A stretch of 64,000 nucleotides of DNA, taken from the NCBI GenBank assembly GCA_947259735.1, contig CAMYNN010000001.1, positions 40,409 to 104,408 on the forward strand, written 5' to 3'. Below are positions 10,952 to 21,649 of this stretch, piece by piece (the stretch's first letter is position 1; each line of letters begins with the position of its first letter). The notes under the pieces were generated by a model, which made no database searches, had not been told where the DNA came from, and saw nothing but the letters and a program-made list of their open reading frames with translations. A program made the position numbers and the translations under genes. This DNA is from Thermodesulfovibrionia bacterium (GTDB taxonomy: Bacteria > Nitrospirota > Thermodesulfovibrionia > UBA6902).

Positions 10952-11581
10952 GTGCAAAAAAGGACGGAACGTAGAACAAAAGGGACACTGTTTGTGATTT
11001 CTGCCCCGTCAGGAGCAGGGAAGACAACACTCTGCAAAAGATTATTAAATAAGAAGAGTGACCTCCGACTTTCTGTTTCCTATACGACACGATCACCGAG
11101 AAAAGGCGAAACCAATAACGTTGACTATACATTCATCACAAAATCACGATTTATGAAAATGCTCGAGAAAGGGGCCTTTGCCGAGTGGGCGTCAGTGCAT
11201 GGTAATCTGTATGGCACTTCGGTAAGGAGAATGGAAGAATTAAATAGGGATGGATATGATATACTACTTGACATTGATATTCATGGTGCCATGCAGATGA
11301 AAAAGAGCTGCGAGAATGCAGTTTTTATTTTTATTCTTCCTCCATCAATAGATACCCTGCAAGACAGATTGGTAAAACGCGGGACAGATTCGAAAGAGGT
11401 GATAGCGCAGCGCCTTGATAATGCGAAAGCTGAAATTGCATACTATAAAGATTATGACTACATTATCGTCAATGACAGCATTGACAGGGCGTACAGGGAG
11501 CTTGAGAGTATAATTACTTCATCGAGGCTTCTGATGTCGAAAGTTAATCCGAAATGGATAAAAAAAGTATATAACGTTTAA
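10952..11581 (+). CDS. gmk: Guanylate kinase.
   Basis: SAPSGAGKTT P-loop and overall Gmk pattern. Confidence 0.9.
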   Translation: MQKRTERRTKGTLFVISAPSGAGKTTLCKRLLNKKSDLRLSVSYTTRSPRKGETNNVDYTFITKSRFMKMLEKGAFAEWASVHGNLYGTSVRRMEELNRDGYDILLDIDIHGAMQMKKSCENAVFIFILPPSIDTLQDRLVKRGTDSKEVIAQRLDNAKAEIAYYKDYDYIIVNDSIDRAYRELESIITSSRLLMSKVNPKWIKKVYNV

Positions 11582-11599
11582 TGGAGGTATGGAGGTTTT

Positions 11600-11983
11600 A
11601 TGGATATGATTACATTGCCGATTCAGTATGATAAAAAGAAAATTGATGGTGCGTACAGACTGGTAATAGCATCCGTAAAGAGGGCCAAGGATTTGTCGCA
11701 GGGATCGCTTCCTGTCATATCATCGAAGGCACAGAAAATTACAACACTTGCCATAGAAGAAGTTGCCACAGGCGCGGTGAAGGTGATGATCGGTGAAGAA
11801 GCAGTCAAAGCCAGTGAAGAGGCAAAGAAAATGACTCACAAGAAAATGATGGATGAAGCTCAGCAGAAGGAAACAATGCCTGAAGATATGACGGAGCTTG
11901 AAAAGGACTTAAAAGTATACCTTAGTGAGAAAGGTGAAACAGAACAGAAGAAGTCAATTGAGGATATATTTGGAGATAGCTAA
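11600..11983 (+). CDS. rpoZ: RNA polymerase omega subunit with an acidic C-terminal extension.
   Basis: YRLVIASVKRAKDL core. Position between gmk and coaBC, as in Firmicutes. Confidence 0.7.
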   Translation: MDMITLPIQYDKKKIDGAYRLVIASVKRAKDLSQGSLPVISSKAQKITTLAIEEVATGAVKVMIGEEAVKASEEAKKMTHKKMMDEAQQKETMPEDMTELEKDLKVYLSEKGETEQKKSIEDIFGDS

Positions 11984-11988
11984 ACTCA

Positions 11989-13173
11989 GTGGTGAAAGGT
12001 CGAAATATCCTCCTTGGAGTCACCGGCAGCATTGCAGCATACAAATCTGTTGAGATAGCACGTCGCCTGGTAGAAGAGGGAGCATCTGTGAAGGTTGTCC
12101 TGACCGGGGCGGCCCAGCGTTTTATCACTCCTTACATGTTTGAAACAATCAGCAGCAACCCCGTTTATACAGACATGTTTTCAGATCCATTCAGCCATAT
12201 TAACCTCTCCAGAGAAGCAGATCTTTTCCTTATAGCACCTGCAACAGCAAATACAATCAATAAATTATCATGTGGAATTGCTGATAATCTCCTGAGTAAC
12301 CTCTGGCTGACATACGAGGGACACGCGCTGATGGCTCCGGCCATGAATTTCAGGATGTACCGCAACAGTACGGTGAAAAAACACATCAGGAACCTGACAC
12401 AACAGGGAGTTCAGTTTGCTGGTCCGGTATCAGGCAGTCTTGCCTGTGGAGAAGAGGGTGTGGGCAGAATGCTGGAAGTCCCGGAGATACTCGAGGAGGC
12501 GGCTTCCCTCTTTATAGAAAAAGACTTGAAGGGCGAGAATGTTCTCGTGACTGCAGGCCCTACGATTGAACCTGTTGATCCCGTGCGCTTTATTTCAAAC
12601 CGTTCTTCAGGGAAGATGGGGTATGCGATTGCCCGGGCCGCTTTGCGGCGTGGAGCCGAAGTTACCTTAATCAGTGGCCCATCAGCTCTTACACCGCCCC
12701 GGGGAGCATCTTTCATTCCGGTAGAAAAAACGACGGAGATGGATAAGGCGGTCTTTCAGTGTCTGAAAAAGTCGACAGCGGTAGTGATGGCTGCTGCGGT
12801 TTCTGATTATTCTCCCGTTGAAGTATCTAAGGTAAAACGGAAGAAAGAAGACTCTAATACATTGAATTTAAAGGTTAATAAAGATATAATTAAGTCTCTT
12901 GGGAAGAAGAAAGGAAAAAGATATCTCATTGGTTTTGCCGCGGAATCGGGCAAAGATATCGAAAGTGCCAGGAGTAAGTTAATGGGGAAAAATCTTGACC
13001 TCATAGTTCTCAATGACATTTCGAGAAAAGATGTCGGATTTAATGTTGATACGAATGTGGTTACTTTAATTGACAGGAATGGGCGGATTGCAGATTATCC
13101 AAAGATGAAAAAGATTGAAGTTGCAGATGTTATTCTTGACAGGATAGTTAAATTTAAGAAGGGAAAACCATGA
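11989..13173 (+). CDS. coaBC: Bifunctional phosphopantothenoylcysteine decarboxylase/synthetase.
   Basis: Flavoprotein N-domain ([10 protein letters not shown]) plus the DFP C-domain. Confidence 0.9.
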   Translation: MVKGRNILLGVTGSIAAYKSVEIARRLVEEGASVKVVLTGAAQRFITPYMFETISSNPVYTDMFSDPFSHINLSREADLFLIAPATANTINKLSCGIADNLLSNLWLTYEGHALMAPAMNFRMYRNSTVKKHIRNLTQQGVQFAGPVSGSLACGEEGVGRMLEVPEILEEAASLFIEKDLKGENVLVTAGPTIEPVDPVRFISNRSSGKMGYAIARAALRRGAEVTLISGPSALTPPRGASFIPVEKTTEMDKAVFQCLKKSTAVVMAAAVSDYSPVEVSKVKRKKEDSNTLNLKVNKDIIKSLGKKKGKRYLIGFAAESGKDIESARSKLMGKNLDLIVLNDISRKDVGFNVDTNVVTLIDRNGRIADYPKMKKIEVADVILDRIVKFKKGKP

Positions 13174-13619
13174 AAATACTCATTCTGAACGGCCCCAACC
13201 TGAACCTCCTCGGGACGAGGGAATCTGACGTATATGGGACGAAAACGCTTGAAGAAATAAATGCGTCTCTTAAAGGTCTTGCTGAGGAGCTTGGTGTGCG
13301 TATTGATATGAGGCAATCCAATCATGAAGGCGAATTGGTAGATATTATTCAGAATTCAAAGAATTATGCGGCTCTTGTCATCAATCCGGCGGCCTACACC
13401 CATACGAGTGTTGCAATAAGAGATGCGATCGCTGCTGTTGAAATTCCCACTGTTGAGATCCATCTTTCTAATATTTACAGCAGAGAGGAATTCAGACATA
13501 CATCGCTCATTTCACCGGTGGCATCCGGACAGATATCAGGTTTTGGACCGGACAGTTACCTTCTCGGCCTGAGGGCCGCCGTATCCATAGCATCCCATGC
13601 AAAAAAAAGCTCGTCTTAG
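13170..13619 (+). CDS. aroQ: Type II 3-dehydroquinate dehydratase.
   Basis: [18 protein letters not shown] start. Overlaps the coaBC stop by 4 nt. Confidence 0.9.
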   Translation: MKILILNGPNLNLLGTRESDVYGTKTLEEINASLKGLAEELGVRIDMRQSNHEGELVDIIQNSKNYAALVINPAAYTHTSVAIRDAIAAVEIPTVEIHLSNIYSREEFRHTSLISPVASGQISGFGPDSYLLGLRAAVSIASHAKKSSS

Positions 13620-14664
13620 AAAACAATTTAAGAAGCACAAAATCGATGGTTTCCTTGTCACAGATCTTGCGAACGTAAGATATCTCTCGGGCTTCACCGG
13701 TTCGTCCGGATTTCTTGTTATCACAGATAAGAAGGCGCTATTCGTGACCGATTTCCGTTATCAGGAGCAGGCTGAACAGGAGGTGAAAGGGTTCAGAATC
13801 AAGATTGAAAACACAGAACGTGCAAAGGAAATCAGGAATATCTGCGATGTCCTGGGCATAAAATCTCTCGGATGTGAAGAGCAGAACATAACCTATGGAT
13901 TTTATAAGAGACTGATTAAGGCCAAAGTGAGACTTAAACCATTAACTGACTTTGTGGAATCCCTTCGAATCATTAAAAATCAAAAAGAGCTGTCCTATAT
14001 TAAATCTTCCATAAAGCGGGCCGAGTCAGCCTATAGAAAATTGATCCCCCATATAAGGACAGGCTCGACCGAACGGAAACTTGCCTTAAAATTTGAGGAG
14101 TTACTGAAACAAAGCGGTTGCAAATTATTGCCTTTTGAGGTTATATTAGCATCTGGTCCTATGGCCGCCCTTCCGCATGCCAAACCTTCGAACAGGGTGT
14201 TAAAAAAGGGAGATCTTGTAGTAATAGACTGGGGAGGAGAATACAGGGGCTATTTTTCTGACATGACGAGAACGCTGCTTATTAAAGGCCCTGATGTTTC
14301 CCGGCAAAAAGCATTATATTCCTATGTCCTCGAGGCACAGAAGAGGGCAATTGAATGTATTCGCTCAGGGATCGAATCAGCACGTATAGATGCTGCTGCG
14401 CGGGGTTATATACAGCAGCTGGGATATGATGATTATTTTGGTCACGGAACAGGACACGGCGTTGGACTTGCAGTTCACGAAAAACCTGTTGTATCATGGC
14501 GGAGCAAGGAACACATTTCTGAGAATATGGTATTTACCGTTGAGCCAGGAATCTACCTGCCGGGATTTGGAGGCGTGAGAATAGAGGATATGGTAGTTGT
14601 GAAAAAAAACAAGGCTGAAGTGTTAACAACGCTCCCGAAAAAATTAAAAATAATAGAGGGATAA
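13597..14664 (+). CDS. M24-family Xaa-Pro aminopeptidase/dipeptidase.
   Basis: Metal-binding motifs DxG...HGxGHxxG...E...E ([13 protein letters not shown]). The aroQ-pepP-efp order matches Bacillus. Confidence 0.8.
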   Translation: MQKKARLRKQFKKHKIDGFLVTDLANVRYLSGFTGSSGFLVITDKKALFVTDFRYQEQAEQEVKGFRIKIENTERAKEIRNICDVLGIKSLGCEEQNITYGFYKRLIKAKVRLKPLTDFVESLRIIKNQKELSYIKSSIKRAESAYRKLIPHIRTGSTERKLALKFEELLKQSGCKLLPFEVILASGPMAALPHAKPSNRVLKKGDLVVIDWGGEYRGYFSDMTRTLLIKGPDVSRQKALYSYVLEAQKRAIECIRSGIESARIDAAARGYIQQLGYDDYFGHGTGHGVGLAVHEKPVVSWRSKEHISENMVFTVEPGIYLPGFGGVRIEDMVVVKKNKAEVLTTLPKKLKIIEG

Positions 14665-14667
14665 TGT

Positions 14668-15228
14668 ATGATATCTACGAGTGATTTCAGAAAAGGCGCA
14701 AAAATAGAATATAAAGGTGCACCCCACGAAATAATTGATTATCAGCATCACAAGATGGGAAGAGGTGGTGCCATAGTGAGGACAAAACTGAAGAACCTGA
14801 TTACGGGAAGTATTTTTGACGATTCCTTCAAGGGAGGGGAAAAATTCAGCCCCCCGAATCTTGAAGAAAAATCGATGCAGTATCTTTACAATGACGGCGA
14901 TTATTACCATTTTATGGATAATGAAAACTATGAACAGACCCCACTGACGGAAGATCAGTTGGGAGACGCGAAAAGATTTCTTAAAGAAAATATGGAAGCA
15001 AAAATACTTTTTTACAGCGGATCTCCAATTGCAGTTGAAGTCCCGATGTTTGTAGAACTGGCGATTGTAAAAACGGACCCCGGATTTAAGGGTGATACTG
15101 CAAGCGGTGGCAGCAAACCGGCCGTACTGGAATCGGGCGTTACTGTGAAAGTCCCCTTCCATCTCAATGAGGGTGATATAATTAAAGTAGACACGAGGAC
15201 TGCTGAATATATAGAGAGGGTAAAGTAA
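14668..15228 (+). CDS. efp: Elongation factor P.
   Basis: Canonical EF-P N-terminus including the KPG-less loop region (HHKMGRGGA). Confidence 0.95.
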   Translation: MISTSDFRKGAKIEYKGAPHEIIDYQHHKMGRGGAIVRTKLKNLITGSIFDDSFKGGEKFSPPNLEEKSMQYLYNDGDYYHFMDNENYEQTPLTEDQLGDAKRFLKENMEAKILFYSGSPIAVEVPMFVELAIVKTDPGFKGDTASGGSKPAVLESGVTVKVPFHLNEGDIIKVDTRTAEYIERVK

Positions 15229-15317
15229 GCTTTCAGCCCTCATTGTTCAGCTAAAAAAGTCATAATTATAGATCAAAAACGCTGCAACAAAAAGAGTGTC
15301 ATAAAGCGGGGAATGAT

Positions 15318-15761
15318 ATGGAATTAGATGAGATAAAAAGTCTTATAGAAATTTTGCAGGAGACTGATATTACAGAGCTTCAAATTGAAAGAGAAGGCTC
15401 AAAACTTAAAATTAAGAGAGAAAAGTTTTTTTCATCATTTGATACAGTTCCCAGTGTGACAAGACCTGTTTCCGAAGAAGCGGAACATACCATCGGGAAG
15501 GGAGAGGAGGATTCGGGGCTTACGACGATTAACTCTCCGATTGTCGGTATATTCCACAGGGCCCCTTCACCTGAATCACCCGCGTTCATTGAAGTTGGCA
15601 GTTCTGTCGGAAAGGGGCAGGTACTCTGCATTGTAGAGGCCATGAAATTAATGAATGAAATTGAGAGTGATACTGCCGGTACAGTAGTACAAATTCTGAT
15701 TGAAAACGGACATCCCGTCGAATACGGTGAGCCCCTGTTCAAAATAAAGCCCGCATCATGA
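15318..15761 (+). CDS. accB: Biotin carboxyl carrier protein.
   Basis: EAMKLMNEIE biotinyl-lysine motif. Confidence 0.85.
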   Translation: MELDEIKSLIEILQETDITELQIEREGSKLKIKREKFFSSFDTVPSVTRPVSEEAEHTIGKGEEDSGLTTINSPIVGIFHRAPSPESPAFIEVGSSVGKGQVLCIVEAMKLMNEIESDTAGTVVQILIENGHPVEYGEPLFKIKPAS

Positions 15762-17110
15762 AGTTATTCAAGAAGATTCTCATAGCCAATAGAGGCGAAA
15801 TCGCGTTAAGAGTTATCAGGGCCTGTCATGAACTCGAGATCGAGACAGCCATTGTTTATTCCGATATAGACAGGAATACTCTTCCTGTCAGGCTGGCAGA
15901 TGAAGCCATTTGTATAGGACCTGCGGCGGCGAGGCAGAGCTATTTAAACATCCCGGCAATCATAAGCGCTGCAGAAATTACCGATGCCGAGGCAGTCCAT
16001 CCCGGATATGGATTCCTTGCTGAAAATCCACATTTTGTAGAGGCCTGTGATGCATCGCAAATAACATTTATCGGCCCTTCTGCAGAGAACATTCGAAGTG
16101 GCGGTGACAAATCAATGGCCCGTCAGATAATGATGAAAAATAAGATTCCCGTGGTTCCGGGCAGTGAGGAGCCCGTGTTGAATGAAGACGAGGCAATGAA
16201 AGTGTCCAGGAGCATAGGATTTCCTGTCATTTTTAAGGCATCTGCCGGCGGAGGCGGGAAGGGAATGAGAGTTGTTGAAAGTGAGAGAGACTTGAGTCGC
16301 CTCTACCACATGGCTCAGAAGGAAGCCCTTGCAGCGTTCGGAAACGGAGACCTGTATATTGAGAAGTATGTTCATGATATGAGGCACATTGAAGTCCAGA
16401 TCCTTGCCGACAATGAGGGCGCAATGGTTCATCTGGGTGAACGAGACTGTTCAATCCAGCGGAGACATCAGAAGCTTATTGAAGAAGCCCCTTTTATATT
16501 TGCAGATGCAAAGTTCAGGAAAAAAGTTGGAGATCTTGCGATAAAGGCGGCGAAGGCCTTCAAATACAGGAATGCCGGCACAATTGAATTTATTCTTGAC
16601 AAGACAGATAACAGTATCTATTTTATGGAAATTAACACGAGAATTCAGGTTGAACATCCTGTGACGGAGATGATTACGGGCGTTGATATTATAAAAGAAC
16701 AGATCAAAATTGCTGCCGGGCTACCTTTGTCATTAAAGCAACAGGGCATAAAATTCACCGGTCACAGCATAGAATGCAGGGTCAACGCAGAAGACCCTGA
16801 GAATTTTATTCCTTCTCCCGGAAAGGTTACCCTGTTTGTCCCGCCCGGGGGACAGGGGGTCAGAACAGATTCGGCTGCCTATTCAGGATGGACAGTCCCT
16901 GCGCACTATGACTCACTCATAGCAAAAGTAATTGTCCACGGAACAGATAGAAGTGACGCTCTTGTAAAAATGAAGCGGGCATTGAACGAATTTATTATTG
17001 ATGGTATTAAATCTACTATTCCATTTTTCCTGAAAATACTGGATGATTCTGATTTTAAAAAGGGGGACATTAACACCCACTTTCTGGAGAGGATAAATAA
17101 AAAAGTATAG
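15758..17110 (+). CDS. accC: Biotin carboxylase.
   Basis: ATP-grasp domain. The MKLFKKILIANRGEIA N-terminus is typical of AccC. Overlaps accB by 4 nt. Confidence 0.95.
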   Translation: MKLFKKILIANRGEIALRVIRACHELEIETAIVYSDIDRNTLPVRLADEAICIGPAAARQSYLNIPAIISAAEITDAEAVHPGYGFLAENPHFVEACDASQITFIGPSAENIRSGGDKSMARQIMMKNKIPVVPGSEEPVLNEDEAMKVSRSIGFPVIFKASAGGGGKGMRVVESERDLSRLYHMAQKEALAAFGNGDLYIEKYVHDMRHIEVQILADNEGAMVHLGERDCSIQRRHQKLIEEAPFIFADAKFRKKVGDLAIKAAKAFKYRNAGTIEFILDKTDNSIYFMEINTRIQVEHPVTEMITGVDIIKEQIKIAAGLPLSLKQQGIKFTGHSIECRVNAEDPENFIPSPGKVTLFVPPGGQGVRTDSAAYSGWTVPAHYDSLIAKVIVHGTDRSDALVKMKRALNEFIIDGIKSTIPFFLKILDDSDFKKGDINTHFLERINKKV

Positions 17111-17163
17111 GATTCAGGACTGTGCGCTTCATGTTTATCAATTAAAAATTTCACTGCAATGTA

Positions 17164-17817
17164 TTGTTCATCGTGACGTACAAGAAAAAGCTATTGAACA
17201 TCAGGGAAAATCCTCTCTACCTTCTTACCGATACCAATATTTCAGGCCTGTCACATATTCAGATAGTACGAAAAGCTGTAAGAGCGGGGATCAGGACCAT
17301 TCAGCTGAGAGAAAAAAATATTTCGAGAAAGGAATTGCACAAAATCGCGGCAGCCGTAAGGGATGTTACGGAACGGTATAATGTCATCTTCATAATGAAT
17401 GATTATGTTGACATAGCGCTTTCCGTGAATGCCGATGGCATTCATCTCGGGCAGGATGATATGCCTCTTGAAGAGGCAAGGAAATTAATGGGGAACAGGA
17501 AATTAATCGGCATTTCAACACACAGCTTAAAACAGGCCATGAAAGCTGAAGAGGGTGGTGCTGATTATATTGGTTTCGGTCCTCTCTATAATACCCTGAC
17601 AAAGGATGCCGGCCACGCAAAGGGAGTGAAAACCTTAAGGCACATTCGATTGCATATAGACATCCCGATTGTGGCAATCGGAGGAATTACGTGGAAGAAT
17701 GTAAATGAAGTAGTGCAGTCCGGAGCGGATGCAGTAGCGGTGGCTTCAGGAATTCTGGCAGGCAATATGAAGCAGAATGTGAACAGATTTCTGGAGGCGG
17801 TCCGCAATAAGAAATAA
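17164..17817 (+). CDS. thiE: Thiamine-phosphate synthase.
   Basis: LYLLTD...GADYIGFGPLY...IGGI motifs. Confidence 0.8.
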   Translation: MFIVTYKKKLLNIRENPLYLLTDTNISGLSHIQIVRKAVRAGIRTIQLREKNISRKELHKIAAAVRDVTERYNVIFIMNDYVDIALSVNADGIHLGQDDMPLEEARKLMGNRKLIGISTHSLKQAMKAEEGGADYIGFGPLYNTLTKDAGHAKGVKTLRHIRLHIDIPIVAIGGITWKNVNEVVQSGADAVAVASGILAGNMKQNVNRFLEAVRNKK

Positions 17818-17967
17818 GCGTGCCGTGTATTGTCAGACAGGTGCTCTCATAACAGAGACAAATAAAGATCCCGGTTTCTTCTAGATGGGATGAGTTACTT
17901 CGTACCAGTGGTCGGTAAAATGAGCGGACGTGAGGATTACTCCGGCAAAATTCTGCCTATTATCAAA

Positions 17968-17994
17968 ATACTATCATTTATGCTATGATAGTAT
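17968..17994. promoter_or_regulatory. Perfect 10-bp inverted repeat ATACTATCAT-N7-ATGATAGTAT in the thiE-rpsU spacer. Candidate operator.
   Basis: Read directly. Lies about 130 nt upstream of the rpsU start. Confidence 0.3.
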
Positions 17995-18123
17995 CACTTT
18001 TAAAGTTTAACTGCCTCAGAGCTTTAAAGGCTGAGAGGCTTTGTTTTGCATAACATGAAGTATTATAAAAGAAATTTAATATAGACACGTATCAAAAATT
18101 GAAGAGGGAGAAGGTAAAAGATA

Positions 18124-18318
18124 TTGGAAATTAGAGTGAGAGGGAATAACATAGAGAAAGCTATCAGGGATCTGAAAGTTAAACTTCAGAAAGAGGGTAT
18201 TTTCAAAGAGCTGAAGGCCAGACGGTTTTATGAGAAACCTTCTGTCAAAGAGAAGCGTAAGAGAATGGAAGCGCGCAAAAAGCGGATGAAGGCTTTCAAA
18301 TTTAAGAAATCATATTAG
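18124..18318 (+). CDS. rpsU: 30S ribosomal protein S21, with a TTG start.
   Basis: FYEKPS...KRKR S21 signature. A GAGGGAG RBS precedes the TTG at 18124. Confidence 0.85.
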   Translation: MEIRVRGNNIEKAIRDLKVKLQKEGIFKELKARRFYEKPSVKEKRKRMEARKKRMKAFKFKKSY

Positions 18319-18346
18319 AACAGGGATAAGTTGAATTACAGAGGAG

Positions 18347-18739
18347 TTATTTGGAACGCTTTTTCTTGCTGTATTTTACAGAGATTTCGTAAGTAATATT
18401 TGCATGGTCAGAAGCCTTTTCACCATTTTTCCCTTTACATACCATCTTTCCCTTAAAAGACTTTTTCTGCAGTTTTATGTTTTTTCTAATTACTGATTTT
18501 AAGTCATACCCCCCGCCTTCACACCCCTTTGTCATACATTCCATATTAAAATAGGCGTAACTGGAAGGAAATACGTTGACTGTTCGCTGCATAAGAAGGG
18601 GGTTTTCCGCTTTGTGATAATAGGTCATATGAATAACCATTCCGGCTACGCGCGGGAAGCGTTCAGAAACAAGACCTGCCTCCTGCCTCATCTGTTTCTT
18701 TAACTCCATTTTTTTTAGGTGATCCTGTCTTTGTATCAT
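18347..18739 (-). CDS. Hypothetical protein with a Lys-rich C-terminus.
   Basis: ORF with an AGGAG RBS before the internal ATG at 18739. No recognisable domain. Confidence 0.4.
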   Translation of the reverse strand: MIQRQDHLKKMELKKQMRQEAGLVSERFPRVAGMVIHMTYYHKAENPLLMQRTVNVFPSSYAYFNMECMTKGCEGGGYDLKSVIRKNIKLQKKSFKGKMVCKGKNGEKASDHANITYEISVKYSKKKRSK

Positions 18740-18994
18740 ATCTCCTATCCTCAAAAAACGAAAAAGACCACAATTTTTTATGCATTTGAGGCCTCTTTTC
18801 AGGGTGCAAGTCTTTTAAACAGCACTATAATAACAATTTATAGCAATAAAGTCCAATGTATGCATCAAATTATGCGTCAAAAAACGATTTATTCAGCTTG
18901 ATGTACTTGTGATTATTGTCACATCATCTTAAAAATAAGGGCCATAATTAAAGAAAAAATTTATTTTGTCGAATAAATATACATGGAGTACAAA

Positions 18995-19141
18995 ATGATC
19001 GTACAGGAAACGGAAAGATTGGGGAATATTTATATTCGTCAACTTCCTCTTGAGGCAGAGTTTGTTCAGGAAGCAATGAGAGTCAGGGCAGCTCAGGGTA
19101 ACTCCTGTTGCCTCTTCATCCTGGAATACTGCGGGAACTGA
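18995..19141 (+). CDS. Small ORF of 48 aa (MIVQETERLGNIYIRQLPLEAEFVQEAMRVRAAQGNSCCLFILEYCGN). Hypothetical.
   Basis: GGAG lies 6 nt upstream. Sits in a 617-bp gap on the strand opposite both flanking genes. Confidence 0.25.
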   Translation: MIVQETERLGNIYIRQLPLEAEFVQEAMRVRAAQGNSCCLFILEYCGN

Positions 19142-19188
19142 TTATTGATGTAAATGGACTATAACCAGAACAAGGGAGGAGAATCCAC

Positions 19189-19314
19189 ATGCATGAGTAT
19201 GACGAAATGAGAACAGAAGGAACAGAAAACATCAGAGTAAGGCTTACGCAGTTAATTAAAGCGATTGAAGAAGTCCCGGAACCAGAAGTCGATTATGTTC
19301 TGTCCTGCGCATGA
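19189..19314 (+). CDS. Small ORF of 41 aa (MHEYDEMRTEGTENIRVRLTQLIKAIEEVPEPEVDYVLSCA). Hypothetical.
   Basis: Strong GGGAGGAG RBS 9 nt upstream. The stop abuts an 8-bp-stem hairpin (19314..19335) and a 10-bp palindrome TATTGCAATA. Confidence 0.35.
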   Translation: MHEYDEMRTEGTENIRVRLTQLIKAIEEVPEPEVDYVLSCA

Positions 19315-19371
19315 AATTGTGACTGCACACAATTTATTGCAATAGCGTTTCAATAGAGCTCCTATACCTGG

Positions 19372-20760
19372 CTAGAACTTAATTGACTGGGGGGTCCTGG
19401 GGCATGGGATGACGTCACGGATATTGGGCATGCCGGTAATATATTGCACCATTCTTTCAAATCCGAGACCGAACCCGGCATGAGGTGCTGAACCATATCT
19501 TCGGAGGTCGAGATACCACTGCATGCTTTCGAAGGGTATCGCCAGATCCTGCATTCTGTTTTCTAAAACATCAAGCCGTTCTTCCCGCTGGCTGCCGCCG
19601 ATAATCTCGCCTACTTTCGGGAGCAGAACATCCATGGCTGCAACGGTTTTCATATCAGGGTTTAGTCTCATATAGAAGGCTTTTATTTCCTTTGGATAAT
19701 CAACTACAATCACAGGCCCCCTGAATACAGTGTCTGTAAGGTACCGCTCATGTTCTGACTGCAGATCCAGACCCCATTCAACGGGGAATTCAAATTTCTT
19801 CTTTGCCTTTAAGAGCTCTGTAATCGCATCAGTATAAGAAATACGTACAAATGGTTTCTCAGACAGATCAGCGAGTTCATTCATTGAAGTGTTTTTGTAG
19901 AACTTCTCGAAGAAGGCGATCTCTTTTTCGCATTTCTCAAGTACTTTTCTGCACAGAGTACGAATGAAATCTTCAGCAAGATCCATGTCATCATCAATGT
20001 CGGCAAAAGCCATTTCAGGTTCTATCATCCAGAACTCGGAAAGATGCCTTGAGGTATTTGAATTCTCTGCCCTGAACGTAGGGCCAAAGGTATAGACATC
20101 GCCAAGGGACATGGCCAGAAATTCTGCCTCAAGCTGTCCGCTTACCGTCAAATAGGCACGTCTGCCGAAGAAGTCCTGGCAGAAATCAATTTCACCATTC
20201 TTTCCGGTCGGGATCTTGTCGAGCTCAAGGGAGGTTACGGTAAAGAGGTCACCGGCACCCTCGCAATCGCTCGAGGTAATGATGGGGGTATGTACCCACA
20301 TAAATCCCCGTTTCTGAAAAAAATCGTGAACTGTATCGGCCATTATATTGCGCACCCTGAATACTGCTCCAAATGTGTTTGTTCTCGGTCTGAGATGTCC
20401 TATTTCACGGAGGAACTCAAGACTGTGCCCTTTCTTCTGCAATGGATAGTTTCCAGAATCGGCGCTGCCGAATATTTTGAGTTCAGAAACCTCTATTTCC
20501 TGGTTCTGTCCTTTCCCCGGAGACTCCTTAAGAAGCCCCGAGACTTTGACGGCTGCACCGGTATTACAGTCCTGTAATTTGTTAAAAGCAGGAGATTCGG
20601 CAGAGACGACCAGCTGGAGAGTGTCCTGTGTTGAGCCGTCGTTCAAAGCAATAAACGCTACTCCTTTCGATTCCCGCTTTGTCCGTATCCACCCGCAGAC
20701 AGTGACTGTCTGCCCGACATTACCGTCAGATAATATATTTTTTATGCGAACAGGTCTCAT
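19372..20760 (-). CDS. asnS: Asparagine-tRNA ligase.
   Basis: OB-fold anticodon-binding N-terminus and class II catalytic motifs (GLGFER). Confidence 0.9.
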   Translation of the reverse strand: MRPVRIKNILSDGNVGQTVTVCGWIRTKRESKGVAFIALNDGSTQDTLQLVVSAESPAFNKLQDCNTGAAVKVSGLLKESPGKGQNQEIEVSELKIFGSADSGNYPLQKKGHSLEFLREIGHLRPRTNTFGAVFRVRNIMADTVHDFFQKRGFMWVHTPIITSSDCEGAGDLFTVTSLELDKIPTGKNGEIDFCQDFFGRRAYLTVSGQLEAEFLAMSLGDVYTFGPTFRAENSNTSRHLSEFWMIEPEMAFADIDDDMDLAEDFIRTLCRKVLEKCEKEIAFFEKFYKNTSMNELADLSEKPFVRISYTDAITELLKAKKKFEFPVEWGLDLQSEHERYLTDTVFRGPVIVVDYPKEIKAFYMRLNPDMKTVAAMDVLLPKVGEIIGGSQREERLDVLENRMQDLAIPFESMQWYLDLRRYGSAPHAGFGLGFERMVQYITGMPNIRDVIPCPRTPQSIKF

Positions 20761-20778
20761 TGTGGTATCCTCTTTAAT

Positions 20779-21648
20779 TTAAAAGGCTCTTACGCGGAAG
20801 CGGACTCCCTGATAGCTGAATACAACACCGGACACGGTAATCTCATCAACTTTCAATCCCTTCTTCACATTTTCACCTTCCCGGAGGATGGAGCCGTTAA
20901 TGCTGGCCAGCCGTGAAGAAGGATCGTTGGAATATATGTGGCTGGAGATGGATATATCCGGTATGTCATCTTTTATTTCAGCTGAGAGTTCACTCAGTTC
21001 CAGAATGGTATCATTCGATTTCACTTCTTTGTCTTCAGCGGGAATTGTCATCGCTCCTTCGCTTTCTTCAACCGTTGATGCCCGTTCTTCCTTTATCTTG
21101 CTGCGGAGATTGTCCAGCTCTTCTTTCGACGGGTTCAGCCTGAGCGACGCCATTGGAGATCGGAGGTCCCGCGCAGCTTCATTCTGCAATGTGTCTGTTT
21201 CCTCTTCCTGTCCGTTCTTTATCTCAATATCATGAGATGTTTCATGGACTGGACCTTCGTCTGACAATAGAGCCTGAGCCGCAGTTTCGGTCTCATGTGT
21301 TGTTACTTCCGCAAAGGGCTGGTGAATTTCTGAATCCTGAGGTAGAGAAGCGTATGGTAGAGCCTCTCCCAGAACAATCTTCTTGCGATTCTGTTCTGCG
21401 CCTGCCGTTTGCACTTCTTCATCAGTGGATGATTTTGGGACGACAGCTGACTTATCGGACCCCCATGGGTTAAGCACTGCGGTTAAGATACCAGCGTTTA
21501 TAATCAATGCGCCAAAGAGCAGATAAATCCACAGGGGCCTTTTCCTGGTCTCTTTCTGCTCTGGGGCATGAACTGTCAACAGATCAGGCACAGCACCATG
21601 CTGCCGCTTCTGCTCCAGTTTTTTTAACGCTTCAAGAATAAATGACAT
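20779..21648 (-). CDS. GspB/ExeB-like protein.
   Basis: N-terminal MSFILEALKKLEQKRQ is a GspB-type motif, followed by one TM segment. RBS AGGGGAAATAGG. Overlaps the upstream exeA-like stop. Confidence 0.5.
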   Translation of the reverse strand: MSFILEALKKLEQKRQHGAVPDLLTVHAPEQKETRKRPLWIYLLFGALIINAGILTAVLNPWGSDKSAVVPKSSTDEEVQTAGAEQNRKKIVLGEALPYASLPQDSEIHQPFAEVTTHETETAAQALLSDEGPVHETSHDIEIKNGQEEETDTLQNEAARDLRSPMASLRLNPSKEELDNLRSKIKEERASTVEESEGAMTIPAEDKEVKSNDTILELSELSAEIKDDIPDISISSHIYSNDPSSRLASINGSILREGENVKKGLKVDEITVSGVVFSYQGVRFRVRAF

Positions 21649-21649
21649 C

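Noticed and set aside
17820-18123. TPP riboswitch associated with thiE.
   Set aside because: The spacer lies downstream of thiE, not in its 5' leader. No TPP-riboswitch core motif (CUGAGA...) was seen.
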